Assembly (NCBI GenBank): GCA_009392915.1
Contig: CP045477.1
Coordinates: 96,001 to 160,000 of the forward strand
Length of the DNA stretch: 64,000 bases
Reading direction: 5' to 3'
Origin: Candidatus Forterrea multitransposorum CG_2015-17_Forterrea_25_41
GTDB taxonomy: Archaea; Iainarchaeota; Iainarchaeia; Iainarchaeales; CSSED10-239
Shown: positions 36,792 through 46,853 of the stretch, piece by piece
Position numbering within the stretch: position 1 is the first letter of the stretch
Layout of the letters: each line of letters begins with the position of its first letter
Notes under the pieces: generated by a model
What the model saw: the letters and a program-made list of their open reading frames with translations, nothing else
Told to the model about the DNA's origin: nothing
Databases searched by the model: none
Position numbers and translations under genes: made by a program

Positions 36792-38186
36792 ATGAACAAA
36801 AATTTAACAAAATTATTTTTCTGGATATTTGGTATAATATTCAGTGGAATTTTTTATTTTTTCTCAAAAACATCTACTTCTTTATCATATATTAATGAAA
36901 TTAAGTTTCTTCCATACGTAATAATGTTAATAATTATTTTGTTATTTTTCTTAATTGGTATTTTATTTTCGAAAATACCTTTTTTTTGGTATTCAAAATT
37001 TAGAAAATCCAATCTTAATGAAGTTTTATCTGAAGTTGATGTAAAAAAAACTGAAGAAAATATTGATCAATTAATTGATAAATTAAAAGATGCTATAAAA
37101 AATATTAGTAAAAGTAATTATTCTCAAATATCTATAAATTATTTAATAAAGAATGTAGGTATTTCAAAAGAAAGTGCAGATGGAATTATTAAAAATATAA
37201 AGAGATTAAAAAGATTAAAAACTTTATCAATAGCTTTAGGAATTATAATTTCTTTAGGTTTATATTTTTTTGTAAGTAGTTTACCAGTATTTAATATTAT
37301 TCCAAATTATGTGTTTATAATATCTGCAGTAATTATTTTTCTTTTATTTGTTTTAGAAGGTTATTTAATTACAAGAATGCCTGATTCATTTTATTTAAAT
37401 TTAATTAATATAAATAAAGAAAAAATATTAGAAGTTAAAAGAGAATCTTTAGAAAAAGAAGAAAAGTTAAATAATTATAATCAAAAACAAAAAGGTTTGT
37501 TAGATAATATTCAAAAAGCAACTAAATTTCTTTTATCTCAAGATGTAAGTAAAGAAGCAATTTCTAATTTCTTTAGTAAATATGATGTTGATCAGTCTAC
37601 AATTTCAAAATTTATTGAACTTTCAGAAAAAGAATTAAATATTGAAAAGAATAATTCTGGAAAAGTTTTATTTAATGCAAAATCAGATTCTGCAATAAGA
37701 TTAACTCTTTCTAAAATACACGATAGTTTTGAACAAATTAATCAAATATATAATGAAGTTTCAAAACTTCAAAAAGAAGTAAGTGATATTTCTCAAAGAC
37801 AAGAAAAACTTGAAAAAATGTCAACTATTAGTGTTTCAAAAGAAGTTAAAAAACTTAAAAAAGAACCAATAATGTCAAACAAGTATAAGGATTTAAAAAA
37901 AGCAGATCCTAAAGAAATTAAAGAATTGTTAGATAAAAGAAATGAAGAATATGATAAACTTATAAGTTATTTATATCACTTGTTCTTACCATCTGTTGAA
38001 ACTTCTTCTCAAAATGATGTTTTTTCTACATTAGTTTATTATGGTTATCCTTATGAGATTGTAGAAGATGTTTTACAAAAGTTTAAAGATAAAAAAATTA
38101 ATTTCGGGAAAGATAAAAAAGTATCTTTCTCTGAAAAATTAGTAAATAAAATTAATGGTTTTTATGAATTATTTGCCTCTAAATAA
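36792..38186 (+). CDS. polytopic membrane protein with long coiled-coil (paralog A of unknown family)
   Basis: 464 aa; two TM hairpins (res ~5-60 and ~145-190) flank a soluble insert, followed by ~200 aa of predicted coiled-coil and a conserved C-terminal domain (VYYGYPYEIVEDVLQKF); paralogous to 49583-50956. Confidence 0.5.
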   Translation: MNKNLTKLFFWIFGIIFSGIFYFFSKTSTSLSYINEIKFLPYVIMLIIILLFFLIGILFSKIPFFWYSKFRKSNLNEVLSEVDVKKTEENIDQLIDKLKDAIKNISKSNYSQISINYLIKNVGISKESADGIIKNIKRLKRLKTLSIALGIIISLGLYFFVSSLPVFNIIPNYVFIISAVIIFLLFVLEGYLITRMPDSFYLNLININKEKILEVKRESLEKEEKLNNYNQKQKGLLDNIQKATKFLLSQDVSKEAISNFFSKYDVDQSTISKFIELSEKELNIEKNNSGKVLFNAKSDSAIRLTLSKIHDSFEQINQIYNEVSKLQKEVSDISQRQEKLEKMSTISVSKEVKKLKKEPIMSNKYKDLKKADPKEIKELLDKRNEEYDKLISYLYHLFLPSVETSSQNDVFSTLVYYGYPYEIVEDVLQKFKDKKINFGKDKKVSFSEKLVNKINGFYELFASK

Positions 38187-38189
38187 AAA

Positions 38190-39479
38190 CTATATTAATT
38201 TTACTTTTTGTATTTTTGAAAAACTATAAAGTGAGCTTCCAAAGAACTTTTGTTCTTTTGAAAATTCTATTTCTTTAAATAGTTCTTTTAAATTACCTGT
38301 TAAATTTAAGTTTGTAATAGTTTCCTTAAAATTACCATCTTTAATAACCTTTCCAGAAGATATTGTTAATGAAAAGTCACCAGTTGTTATTTTGTTTGTG
38401 TGAAACCCTAAAATCTCATAAACTAAGATTCCTTTTTTAGTTTTTGATATCATATCTTCTATTTTTTTAGTACCTGCTTCTTGTATTAAGTTTGTATATT
38501 CTGGATTAAATCCATTTTCAAGGAATGCATTTCCAGTTGGTTTTTTATTATATTTTATACTTTCATAAAGATTATAGATTGGTTTTCTAAAAATACCTTT
38601 ATTAATTATATTTTTCTTAGAAGTCTTAAATCCTTCATCATCTATTCTTGAAGAATTTAAAAAATAATCAATAGTTGGATCTTCTTTTAGATTTATGTTT
38701 TCAGAAAATATTTTTTTTCCTAAAGAATCGTGTAAAAAACTATTTTTCTTTTCAATAGCTTCTCCTTTTGTTCCTGAAAGAATAAATTCAAAAAATTCTC
38801 TTGTAATTTCTGGAGTAAATATTAAAGTGTATTCTCCTTTTTCACCATTTACAGGATCCATTAAAGTATATGCATTATGTTTTGCTTGCATAAATGTTTG
38901 ATTAATGTCAATATCTTCTTTTTTTGTAAATATTGAAGAAAAATCACCAGATGATTTTTTTTTATTTTTTGTAATTACTAGAGATGATAGTGAAATAAAA
39001 TCAATTTTATTTTCTTTACTAAGATAAGGATTTATAAAAAAACTTTCTATATGGTTTTTTGAAACACCTCCAAGATATCCTTGAATATATTTATCTTTAG
39101 TTAAGTTTTCTTTAATTTTTTCTAAAGTTTTTGAAAAATCTATTTTTTCTATTTCTGAATCATATTTTATTTTCTTATTATTAATATCTTTTCCAAAATT
39201 TTCAAACTTAACTTCTGATTTTTTATTTCTGGCAATATCTTTTGCTTTCTTAACACCTTTTTCAATTTTTTCTTTTGTAATTCCTTGTATGCTGTAGGAA
39301 CCTATTTTTCCTTTATCTATAACTCTTATAAATAATCTATCTATGTTATTCATTCTATAATTTTCAATTGAGAAATTTCTAAATTCTCCTTTTTCACTTT
39401 CATTTTTTATATATTTAAAAGTAACTTCTTCTTTTTTACTTATTTTTTCACAATAATTAAATATTTCTTCTTTATTCAT
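38190..39479 (-). CDS. PmbA/TldE family metalloprotease partner
   Basis: 429 aa; TldD/PmbA-fold C-terminal domain; lacks HExxxH; overlaps the upstream tldD-like gene by 8 nt. Confidence 0.65.
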   Translation of the reverse strand: MNKEEIFNYCEKISKKEEVTFKYIKNESEKGEFRNFSIENYRMNNIDRLFIRVIDKGKIGSYSIQGITKEKIEKGVKKAKDIARNKKSEVKFENFGKDINNKKIKYDSEIEKIDFSKTLEKIKENLTKDKYIQGYLGGVSKNHIESFFINPYLSKENKIDFISLSSLVITKNKKKSSGDFSSIFTKKEDIDINQTFMQAKHNAYTLMDPVNGEKGEYTLIFTPEITREFFEFILSGTKGEAIEKKNSFLHDSLGKKIFSENINLKEDPTIDYFLNSSRIDDEGFKTSKKNIINKGIFRKPIYNLYESIKYNKKPTGNAFLENGFNPEYTNLIQEAGTKKIEDMISKTKKGILVYEILGFHTNKITTGDFSLTISSGKVIKDGNFKETITNLNLTGNLKELFKEIEFSKEQKFFGSSLYSFSKIQKVKLI

Positions 39480-40860
39480 GTTTTGTACCCCCTACAATAA
39501 CATTTTCTATTTTAATTAAGGGGCTACTTCCACTTACAAAAGCTGTTTGCCCATTTTTTCCACAATACCCAAATTCAAAATTTCCAACCTTGTTTGAAAT
39601 TTCTGTTATTTTATTTAAATATTTTAAAATATCTCCAGATATTGATGCTTGTTTATATTTATTTATAATTTCTCCATGTTTATATTCATAAGCTTGTCTA
39701 ATTCCAAACATAAATGTTCCAATATTTGTATCTACTTCTCCACCTGAAAATCCTTTAAGTAAAAATCCAGTGTAATCTGATAACATATCTTTTACTTTAG
39801 TTGTTCCTTCTTTAAAATATGTGTTGCTCATTCTAACTATAGGAAGATAATTATAGTTTTCACTTCTTGCAGAACCATTTGAAACTTCATTTAATTTTGT
39901 TGCAGTTGTAATATCTGTCATAAACTCATTTACAACTCCATTTTTAATAAGATCTACTTTTTTTGATTTAATTCCTTCATCATCATATTTAAAATATCCA
40001 AAATCTTTTTTCTCTGGATTATCTATAATATTTACTTCTTTGTTATTTGAAACTTTTAATCCTTTTTTAAGAACTGTTGTTTTATCTATTAAAAAATCTC
40101 CTTCACAAGCATGACCTATTGCTTCATGTGCTAAAAGTTCACCAACATCTGGACTTAAAATAATATCTGTTGTAATTGCAGGACATGGTTTTGATTCTAA
40201 TAATTCTTGAAGTGTTCTTCTATTTTCAAGAACCGTTTTCATTTTATCTTCTTTGTTAAATATTTCAAGACCACCTAGATTTCCAAGTCTATCTACATTA
40301 GTTTCTATTTGGTTATTTCTTTTTCCTGTTATTTTTGAATAAAACACAGTATATGGTCTTTTTTGATGTATTTCTGAATCGTTTGTTAAAAAGTATTTTT
40401 CAATTTCTGTTTCTTTATAAATTATTTCTGAATTTAGTATGTTTATATCTCTATTACTTGTTTTTAATATTTCTTTATTAATTTCATTAAATTCTTTTAT
40501 TTTTTGAGAATTTGAAATACTTTCAAAATCTTTATATTTTAAAATATCTTTTCCTTTATTTGTGGAATAATTCTTAAATTCTGTTTTTTTATTTATTTTT
40601 TTTGTATTTTCAATAACTCTATCTATTTTTTCTTTATATTTTGAAAATTCATTTAATGCTAAGAAACCTACTTTTTTATCTACAATTATTCTAATTCCAA
40701 TTCCTTCAGTTTCTTTTTCAATAAGTTCTTTTGTAGAAGTATTTTCAACATCTATTATTCTATTTTTATGTTTTTCAAACCTTACTTCAAAATAATCAAG
40801 GTTTTTTGTATTTAGATATTTTTTAATATCATAAAGCATAGGTATTATTTTTTTATCCAT
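39472..40860 (-). CDS. tldD: TldD family zinc metalloprotease
   Basis: 462 aa; LAHEAIGHACEGD carries the TldD HExxxH zinc site. Confidence 0.75.
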   Translation of the reverse strand: MDKKIIPMLYDIKKYLNTKNLDYFEVRFEKHKNRIIDVENTSTKELIEKETEGIGIRIIVDKKVGFLALNEFSKYKEKIDRVIENTKKINKKTEFKNYSTNKGKDILKYKDFESISNSQKIKEFNEINKEILKTSNRDINILNSEIIYKETEIEKYFLTNDSEIHQKRPYTVFYSKITGKRNNQIETNVDRLGNLGGLEIFNKEDKMKTVLENRRTLQELLESKPCPAITTDIILSPDVGELLAHEAIGHACEGDFLIDKTTVLKKGLKVSNNKEVNIIDNPEKKDFGYFKYDDEGIKSKKVDLIKNGVVNEFMTDITTATKLNEVSNGSARSENYNYLPIVRMSNTYFKEGTTKVKDMLSDYTGFLLKGFSGGEVDTNIGTFMFGIRQAYEYKHGEIINKYKQASISGDILKYLNKITEISNKVGNFEFGYCGKNGQTAFVSGSSPLIKIENVIVGGTKHE

Positions 40861-40934
40861 GTAATATTAGTGTATAGTTACTTTTTTAAAACAATATTTA
40901 GTATAATTATTTATATACAGTAATTTAAATTATA

Positions 40935-41489
40935 GTGTTATATGATACAAACATGAAACAAACAAAGCTATCTGACTTTAAGCTTAAAAAACCTAGTTTT
41001 TTTAATAGTTTAATAGTTTATAAGAAAACTTCTTTTATCTATAAAATCTATTATTGGTTAATGGACTTTAAGTTGTTCTATAAAAATAAAAAAACTCTTA
41101 AATATCTAGTCATAGGTCTTTCAGGAGAAATTATTGATTTTTCATTTTTACTTTTATTTACAGAAGTTTTTAATATTTTTTATCTATTATCAGCTGTTAT
41201 TGCATATTTTTTTGCTATAATAAATAATTTCTTTTTAAATGTGATATTTACTTTTAAATATAAACCTTTAAATAAATCTGAATTAATTGGTGCTTTATTT
41301 AATTATTTTCTAGTCTCTTTATTTGGTTTTATATTAAGTGTTTTATTGATATTTGTTTTTGTTGAAGTCTTAAATATTTATTATTTAATTGGTAAAGTCT
41401 TTTCTTCAATAATTGTTTTTATTATGATATATACTGGTCATAATTTTGTGTTTTCAAGAAAAAAATTATCAATTTGTAAATTCAATTAA
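40935..41489 (+). CDS. GtrA-like small membrane protein
   Basis: 184 aa; 4 TM helices with the GtrA-family pattern (LKYLVIGLSGEIIDFSFLLLF...). Confidence 0.45.
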   Translation: MLYDTNMKQTKLSDFKLKKPSFFNSLIVYKKTSFIYKIYYWLMDFKLFYKNKKTLKYLVIGLSGEIIDFSFLLLFTEVFNIFYLLSAVIAYFFAIINNFFLNVIFTFKYKPLNKSELIGALFNYFLVSLFGFILSVLLIFVFVEVLNIYYLIGKVFSSIIVFIMIYTGHNFVFSRKKLSICKFN

Positions 41490-41538
41490 AAAGAACAATT
41501 ATATTTGTTTTGTTATAATATAATATATGTGATATATA

Positions 41539-42879
41539 ATGAAAAACTTAACAACTGACGATATTGGTAAAATCATAGAAATCAAAAGAAAAGTAAATAA
41601 TCAAGAGATAACTCATAAAGGTTATTTAGTTGAAATCTTAAATGATTCTTTAAAAGTTAAGCTTTTAGATAATGGTTATAATATAAGTATTTTTTCAAAA
41701 GAAATTTCTTCTTTTTCTTTAGATGAGTCTAAAGTTTCTTTAGGAAAAGTTAATTCTAAAGACTTTAAAGAAAATTCTTCTCTTCCAAATATTGTATATA
41801 TTGGAACAGGTGGAACTATTGGAACACATGTTGATTATGTTACTGGTGGAGTTACAATGTCAAGAACTCCTCAAGAAATAATTTCTACAACACCTGAACT
41901 TGAAAATATAATTAATATTAAAAAAATAGAATCTCCTTTTAGAAAAGCATCAGAAGACATTTATTATAAAGATTGGCTTGTTTTATCTGAAGTTGTTTTT
42001 AAATATTTAAATGATCCTTCAATTGACGGAATAATTATAACTCATGGAACAGATACTTTATCTTTTACAGGGAGTGCACTTTCTTTTTTAATTGAAAACA
42101 TAAATAAACCTGTTCTTTTAGTTGGTGCTCAAAGATCTCCTGATAGAGCAAGTTTTGATGGATCTTTAAATCTTATTTGTGCAGCTCGTTTTGTAAAGGA
42201 AAAAATACCTGGTGTTTTTACTGTTATGCATGGTTCTATTAATGATGATTTTTGTTCAGTTATTAAAGCTGTTAAATCTAGAAAAATGCATACTTCTAGA
42301 AGAGATGCTTTTATTCCAGTAAATGATATTGTTTATGCAAAAGTTTTTTCTGATGGTAAAATAGATTTTTTAAAAAAAGAAATTTTTTCAAAAGATAAAA
42401 TTCCTTTATTAAATAAAGAATATGAAGAAAAAGTAGCACTTATAAAAATACATCCAAATATTGATCCTTCAATAATTGATTGGTATATTGAAAAAGGTTA
42501 TAAAGGAATTATTTTTGAAGGAACTGGTTTAGGTCATGTTCCAACTGCAGAAAATAATGATTCTATTCTTCCTTTAAAATATCAGTTTATACCTTATATT
42601 AAAAAAGCAATTGAATCTAAATTAATTGTAGTTATGTCTTCCCAATGTCTTTTTGGAAGAGTAAATAATAAAGTTTATTCTAACCTTAGATATCTTTCTC
42701 AAGCAGGTGTTGAATATTTAGATTCTCATGACATTTTACCAGAAGTTTTACAAATAAAACTTTCAGTTGCTTTAAAAAAATTTAAACCAAAAGAAGAAAT
42801 AATTAAATATCTTAAGACCAATATTTCTGGCGAAATAACTTCTAAAGAAGTTCCTTCTTTTTATGATGAAGTTTTATAA
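41539..42879 (+). CDS. gatD: glutamyl-tRNA(Gln) amidotransferase subunit D
   Basis: 446 aa; asparaginase-like domain IVYIGTGGTIGT...HGTDT; followed directly by gatE. Confidence 0.85.
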   Translation: MKNLTTDDIGKIIEIKRKVNNQEITHKGYLVEILNDSLKVKLLDNGYNISIFSKEISSFSLDESKVSLGKVNSKDFKENSSLPNIVYIGTGGTIGTHVDYVTGGVTMSRTPQEIISTTPELENIINIKKIESPFRKASEDIYYKDWLVLSEVVFKYLNDPSIDGIIITHGTDTLSFTGSALSFLIENINKPVLLVGAQRSPDRASFDGSLNLICAARFVKEKIPGVFTVMHGSINDDFCSVIKAVKSRKMHTSRRDAFIPVNDIVYAKVFSDGKIDFLKKEIFSKDKIPLLNKEYEEKVALIKIHPNIDPSIIDWYIEKGYKGIIFEGTGLGHVPTAENNDSILPLKYQFIPYIKKAIESKLIVVMSSQCLFGRVNNKVYSNLRYLSQAGVEYLDSHDILPEVLQIKLSVALKKFKPKEEIIKYLKTNISGEITSKEVPSFYDEVL

Positions 42880-42900
42880 TGTTTATTAATATGATTTATT

Positions 42901-44823
42901 ATGATTAAAATTGATATAAATAATTTAGATTATGAAAAACTAGGCCTTATGTGTGGTCTTGAATTACATCAACAGTTAAACACAAATAAACTTTTTTGTA
43001 ATTGTCCTTCAAAATTAATTAATGATGATTTAAAGCCAGATAAAGTAATCCATAGACAATTAAGAGCAGTTTCTTCAGAGACTGGAGATTTAGATGTTAC
43101 TGCAAAAGAAGAACAAGATAAAAATAAAATTTTTAAATATCTTTTTTATAATTCTTGTAATTGTTTAGTTGAAACAGATTCACAACCTCCTTTAAATATT
43201 AATAAAGATGCTTTAAATATTGCTTTAGTTGTTTCTTTTTTAACAAATTCAGTTGTTGTAAATACTTCTCATGTTATGAGAAAACAAGTAATTAATGGTT
43301 CTAATGTTTCTGGTTTTCAGAGAACTACAATGATTTCAACTGATGGTTATCTTGATTTTAGTTTTGGAAAAGTAAGAATTGATAAAATTCTTTTAGAAGA
43401 AGATGCTGCTAGAACAATTGAAAAAACTGATTCTATTGTAACTTATTCTTTAGATAGGCTTGGTATTCCTTTAATAGAATTAGTTGCATGGCATGATATG
43501 CACACTCCTGAACAAGTTAAAGAAGTTGCATTATATCTTGGACAAATGTTTCGAAGTACTGGTAAAACTAAAAGAGGTTTAGGTTCAATCAGACAAGACA
43601 TTAATATTTCTATTAAAGATGGTTCTAGAGTAGAGATTAAAGGTTGTCAAGATCTTGATTTAATTCCAGAGATTGTTAATAGAGAGATTGTTCGTCAATT
43701 AAATTTAATAGATATTAAAAAAGAAGTTATTGAAAAAAATCTTACTTCATTTTCTTTAAAACCTATTATGATTAATGATTATTTTAAGCAAACTGATTCT
43801 AAAGTTGTTTTAAAATCTTTTTCAGAAAATAAAAATGCTTATTTATTTTTACTTCCTGGATTTAAGGGTTTTTTAGGTAGAGAAATTCAACCAAACAGAA
43901 GACTTGGAACTGAAATTGCAAGTGTTTTAAAAATGAGAACTACTCTAAAAGGTCTTTTCCATTTAGATGAACTTCCAAATTATGGTATTACAGAAAAAGA
44001 AGTTAATTTAATTAAAAAAGATTTTTCTGTTAAAGAAAATGATTCCTTTATAATTATTTTTTCTTCTGAAAATGAAATTTCTTCAGTTAAAAATGTAATT
44101 GAAGATAGACTTAATAAACTTAAAGACGGGGTTTTAAAAGAAACTAGAGCTTCAACTGTTGAAGGAAATACAGAATATCAAAGACCTCTTTCAACTTCTT
44201 CAAGAATGTATCCTGAAACTGATCTTTCACCAATTGTTTTTAATGAAGAATTATTAGCTTTAGCTAAAAAAGAAGTTCCTTTATCTTTAGAAGATAGAAA
44301 AAAATTATATGTTGATACTTTTAAACTAAGTTCACAACTTGCAGATAAAATGAAACTTAATAATTTTGCACCAATTTTTGAAAAAATAGTTTCTGAATAT
44401 AAAATTAATCCTACAACTCTTTCAGTATTTTTACTTGAAGATTTAATTAAAGCTTCAAGAGAAGGAGTTTTAGATCTTGATGATGTTAATGATTCTTTAT
44501 TAATTAATTTTTTTAAAACAAAAGATTTGTTTAACAGAATTAATAAAAATAAACTTTTAGATGTCTTTATTGAATTTTTAAAAAATCCTCTTGATTTAGA
44601 AAGAATTATTCAAGAAAATAAAAAAGAGGATTTATCTTTTGATGTATTAACTAATATTATTGATCAAGTAATAGATGAAAATAAAGATTTTATTTTAAAA
44701 CAAAAAGAAAGATCTTTAGGTTTATTGATGGGAAGAGTAATGTCTAAAACTGAAAATAAATATGATGGGAAAATTATTTCTCAAACAATTAAAGAAAGAT
44801 TAAATCTTTTTTTAAAAAATTAA
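42901..44823 (+). CDS. gatE: glutamyl-tRNA(Gln) amidotransferase subunit E
   Basis: 640 aa; the GatB/GatE N-terminal LHQQLNT...CNC pattern and a C-terminal GatB/YqeY-like domain. Confidence 0.85.
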   Translation: MIKIDINNLDYEKLGLMCGLELHQQLNTNKLFCNCPSKLINDDLKPDKVIHRQLRAVSSETGDLDVTAKEEQDKNKIFKYLFYNSCNCLVETDSQPPLNINKDALNIALVVSFLTNSVVVNTSHVMRKQVINGSNVSGFQRTTMISTDGYLDFSFGKVRIDKILLEEDAARTIEKTDSIVTYSLDRLGIPLIELVAWHDMHTPEQVKEVALYLGQMFRSTGKTKRGLGSIRQDINISIKDGSRVEIKGCQDLDLIPEIVNREIVRQLNLIDIKKEVIEKNLTSFSLKPIMINDYFKQTDSKVVLKSFSENKNAYLFLLPGFKGFLGREIQPNRRLGTEIASVLKMRTTLKGLFHLDELPNYGITEKEVNLIKKDFSVKENDSFIIIFSSENEISSVKNVIEDRLNKLKDGVLKETRASTVEGNTEYQRPLSTSSRMYPETDLSPIVFNEELLALAKKEVPLSLEDRKKLYVDTFKLSSQLADKMKLNNFAPIFEKIVSEYKINPTTLSVFLLEDLIKASREGVLDLDDVNDSLLINFFKTKDLFNRINKNKLLDVFIEFLKNPLDLERIIQENKKEDLSFDVLTNIIDQVIDENKDFILKQKERSLGLLMGRVMSKTENKYDGKIISQTIKERLNLFLKN

Positions 44824-44838
44824 AAATGTGAATTATTT

Positions 44839-45348
44839 ATGGCTAAACATGATATTCTTTATGCTCCTTGGAGAAAAAAATATGTAACTTCAAATACTAA
44901 AAAAGAAAGTAAAAATCCTAAAACTTGTATTTTTTGTAAAGCTCCAAAAGAAGAGGTAATATTTTCAAGTAAAAAAATATTTCTTCAAGCAAATAAATAT
45001 CCTTATGGGGAAGGTCATCTTTTAGTAATTCCAAAAAGACATGTAAATCAAGTTATAGATCTAACTTCTAAAGAAAGAGAAGAATTATTTAATATGATTG
45101 ATCTTTCAGTTTATGCTTTAAATATTTTTATGAAACCTGAAGGTTATAATATTGGTTGTAGTATAGGTGATGTTGCTGGAGAAAGTATTAAACATTTGCA
45201 TTTTCATATCTTACCAAGATATAAAGGAGATGTTGCATGGTCAAGACTTTGTGATTTTGAAGTTGTTTCATTATCTCCAAATGAATTAGCTATTAGTCTT
45301 AAAGAAATTATTGAAAAAAATAAACTTGCAAAAAAATTTAATCTTTAA
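44839..45348 (+). CDS. HIT (HINT-like) family nucleotide hydrolase
   Basis: N-terminal CIFC, HLLVIPKRH, and the histidine triad HLHFHILPR. Confidence 0.75.
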   Translation: MAKHDILYAPWRKKYVTSNTKKESKNPKTCIFCKAPKEEVIFSSKKIFLQANKYPYGEGHLLVIPKRHVNQVIDLTSKEREELFNMIDLSVYALNIFMKPEGYNIGCSIGDVAGESIKHLHFHILPRYKGDVAWSRLCDFEVVSLSPNELAISLKEIIEKNKLAKKFNL

Positions 45349-45475
45349 GTAAAATAGTTTGTTTTTTTATCTTTTTTTAAGTTTTTCTAAGGTTTATATG
45401 TAACCATTAGTTTTTAAATATATTTATACATTATATATATAAATTTTATATTTATGCTTTTTTGGTGATTAAGAT

Positions 45476-45961
45476 ATGTTTAAACTATTTAAGAAGACAA
45501 GAGTTACAGAAGTTGTTGAAATTGATGAGTCTACTATTTCTGAAATTAAAAGACCTAAAGTTGTTCAAGTAGAACAAAAGAACTATAGAGTTAAATCTAT
45601 TGATTGGTTAGAACAACATTATATAGTTGTTTCAGAAGTTGCATCTGGTAAAAAAACTGGTGCAAGACAACAAGGAAAATTTACTTTTGAAGGAAGACAG
45701 ATCTATAAGGATGATGTTACAAGAAAACTTTATAGTGATCTTTTAGATAATTATAGTTATTATGCTATGACTGTTAAAAGATATATTGTTGTTAGAAAAG
45801 AACTTGAGATTATTGATAAACAAAAAGATGAAGAATACTTAATTGCAGGTAGAGCGAAAGAATTTAATTTAGAAGCTTCAAGACTTGAGAATGCATTAAA
45901 TGTTTATCTAACAAATATTAATGTTATTAAAAATAAGATTAAGGATTATTTATATTCTTAA
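45476..45961 (+). CDS. hypothetical protein
   Basis: 161 aa soluble ORF, no recognisable motif, good coding periodicity. Confidence 0.4.
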   Translation: MFKLFKKTRVTEVVEIDESTISEIKRPKVVQVEQKNYRVKSIDWLEQHYIVVSEVASGKKTGARQQGKFTFEGRQIYKDDVTRKLYSDLLDNYSYYAMTVKRYIVVRKELEIIDKQKDEEYLIAGRAKEFNLEASRLENALNVYLTNINVIKNKIKDYLYS

Positions 45962-46008
45962 ATCTTTTTTCTATTTTCTTATAAAATTAGTTTTTTTTAA
46001 AAAATATT

Positions 46009-46203
46009 TTAAATCATTCCTTTTGCCATACCTTTGGTTGATCTTAAACATTTTTTATGCCAATACTGTCCACCCCATTTTTTATCACAACCTTTTTGGT
46101 TGCAAAGGGCGCATGTTTCATCAGGATATTTAGATTTTGAGAAATCTATTCTTTTTTCATTATCTTCTTTATTTTCTTTTTTTTTAAATAATCCAAATAC
46201 CAT
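46009..46203 (-). CDS. small Cys/His-rich (zinc-binding?) basic protein
   Basis: 64 aa; CALCNQKGCDKKW...HKKC; chosen over two overlapping low-complexity plus-strand ORFs; no clear SD. Confidence 0.3.
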   Translation of the reverse strand: MVFGLFKKKENKEDNEKRIDFSKSKYPDETCALCNQKGCDKKWGGQYWHKKCLRSTKGMAKGMI

Positions 46204-46238
46204 TTTTTTTCACAATTAGTTTTTTTTTAAAAAATTAT

Positions 46239-46310
46239 AGTCCGGAGGAGATTCGAACTCCTGTCGCCAGGTTCAAAGCCTGACATGCTTGGCCACTACA
46301 CTACCGGACT
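46239..46310 (-). tRNA. tRNA-Gln (anticodon UUG)
   Basis: minus strand AGTCCGG-TA-GTGT-AGTGGCCAA-GCAT-G-TCAGG-CTTTGAA-CCTGG-CGAC-AGGAG-TTCGAAT-CTCCT-CCGGACT; clean cloverleaf; no CCA encoded. Confidence 0.85.
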
Positions 46311-46443
46311 ATTTTATTTAGCAAAGAAATATTTTCTTTTCTATTAATATCTAAAAAAGGAAGGGTTTTTATTTCTTTATTAAGTTAAATATTTAATAAT
46401 AGAAATATTTTTATATACTATTCTTTATAAATTAATATATAAA

Positions 46444-46518
46444 GGGAGTGTAGCTTAGTCTGGTTGGAGCACTCGACTGATAATCGAGAGGCCGCAGGTT
46501 CGAATCCTGCCATTCCCA
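46444..46518 (+). tRNA. tRNA-Ile (anticodon GAU)
   Basis: GGGAGTG-TA-GCTT-AGTCTGGTTG-GAGC-A-CTCGA-CTGATAA-TCGAG-AGGCC-GCAGG-TTCGAAT-CCTGC-CATTCCC-A; no CCA encoded. Confidence 0.85.
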
Positions 46519-46559
46519 CTTTCTATTTTTATATAGATTTTAAAAAAAGAGGATAATTT

Positions 46560-46733
46560 ATGAGAAATATACAAGATGTATTAAAATCAGATTCCGATTA
46601 TGATTTTTCTGAATTTGATTATGATGAAGATCCTAAAAAGAAAAAACAAGACCAATTAGATTCACAAGAAGAAGAAATTCGTGTTGATGATGAATGGGAT
46701 GATGAGTCAGATGATAGTGATTCTGACTATTAA
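46560..46733 (+). CDS. small highly acidic protein (57 aa)
   Basis: not in the ORF track (under 60 aa); ATG 8 nt after AGAGGA; sequence MRNIQDVLKSDSDYDFSEFDYDEDPKKKKQDQLDSQEEEIRVDDEWDDESDDSDSDY; sits directly upstream of the histone-fold gene. Confidence 0.35.
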   Translation: MRNIQDVLKSDSDYDFSEFDYDEDPKKKKQDQLDSQEEEIRVDDEWDDESDDSDSDY

Positions 46734-46853
46734 TTTTTTTTATTTTTTTACTTAATTTTAGTGCTATTTTTTAGTTAATAATAATCTATTTAAATACTTT
46801 GTACCATATATTATTATAGTGTTTTTAATAATTAATGAAAGGGGTATTTAAAT

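Noticed and set aside
45921-46219. Plus-strand ORFs 45921-46133 and 46034-46219 overlapping the minus-strand Cys-rich small ORF
   Set aside because: The translations are low-complexity (FFYFLIKLVFFKKYF...); the minus-strand 64-aa ORF with a CxxC...HxxC pattern looks more protein-like, though it too is low confidence.
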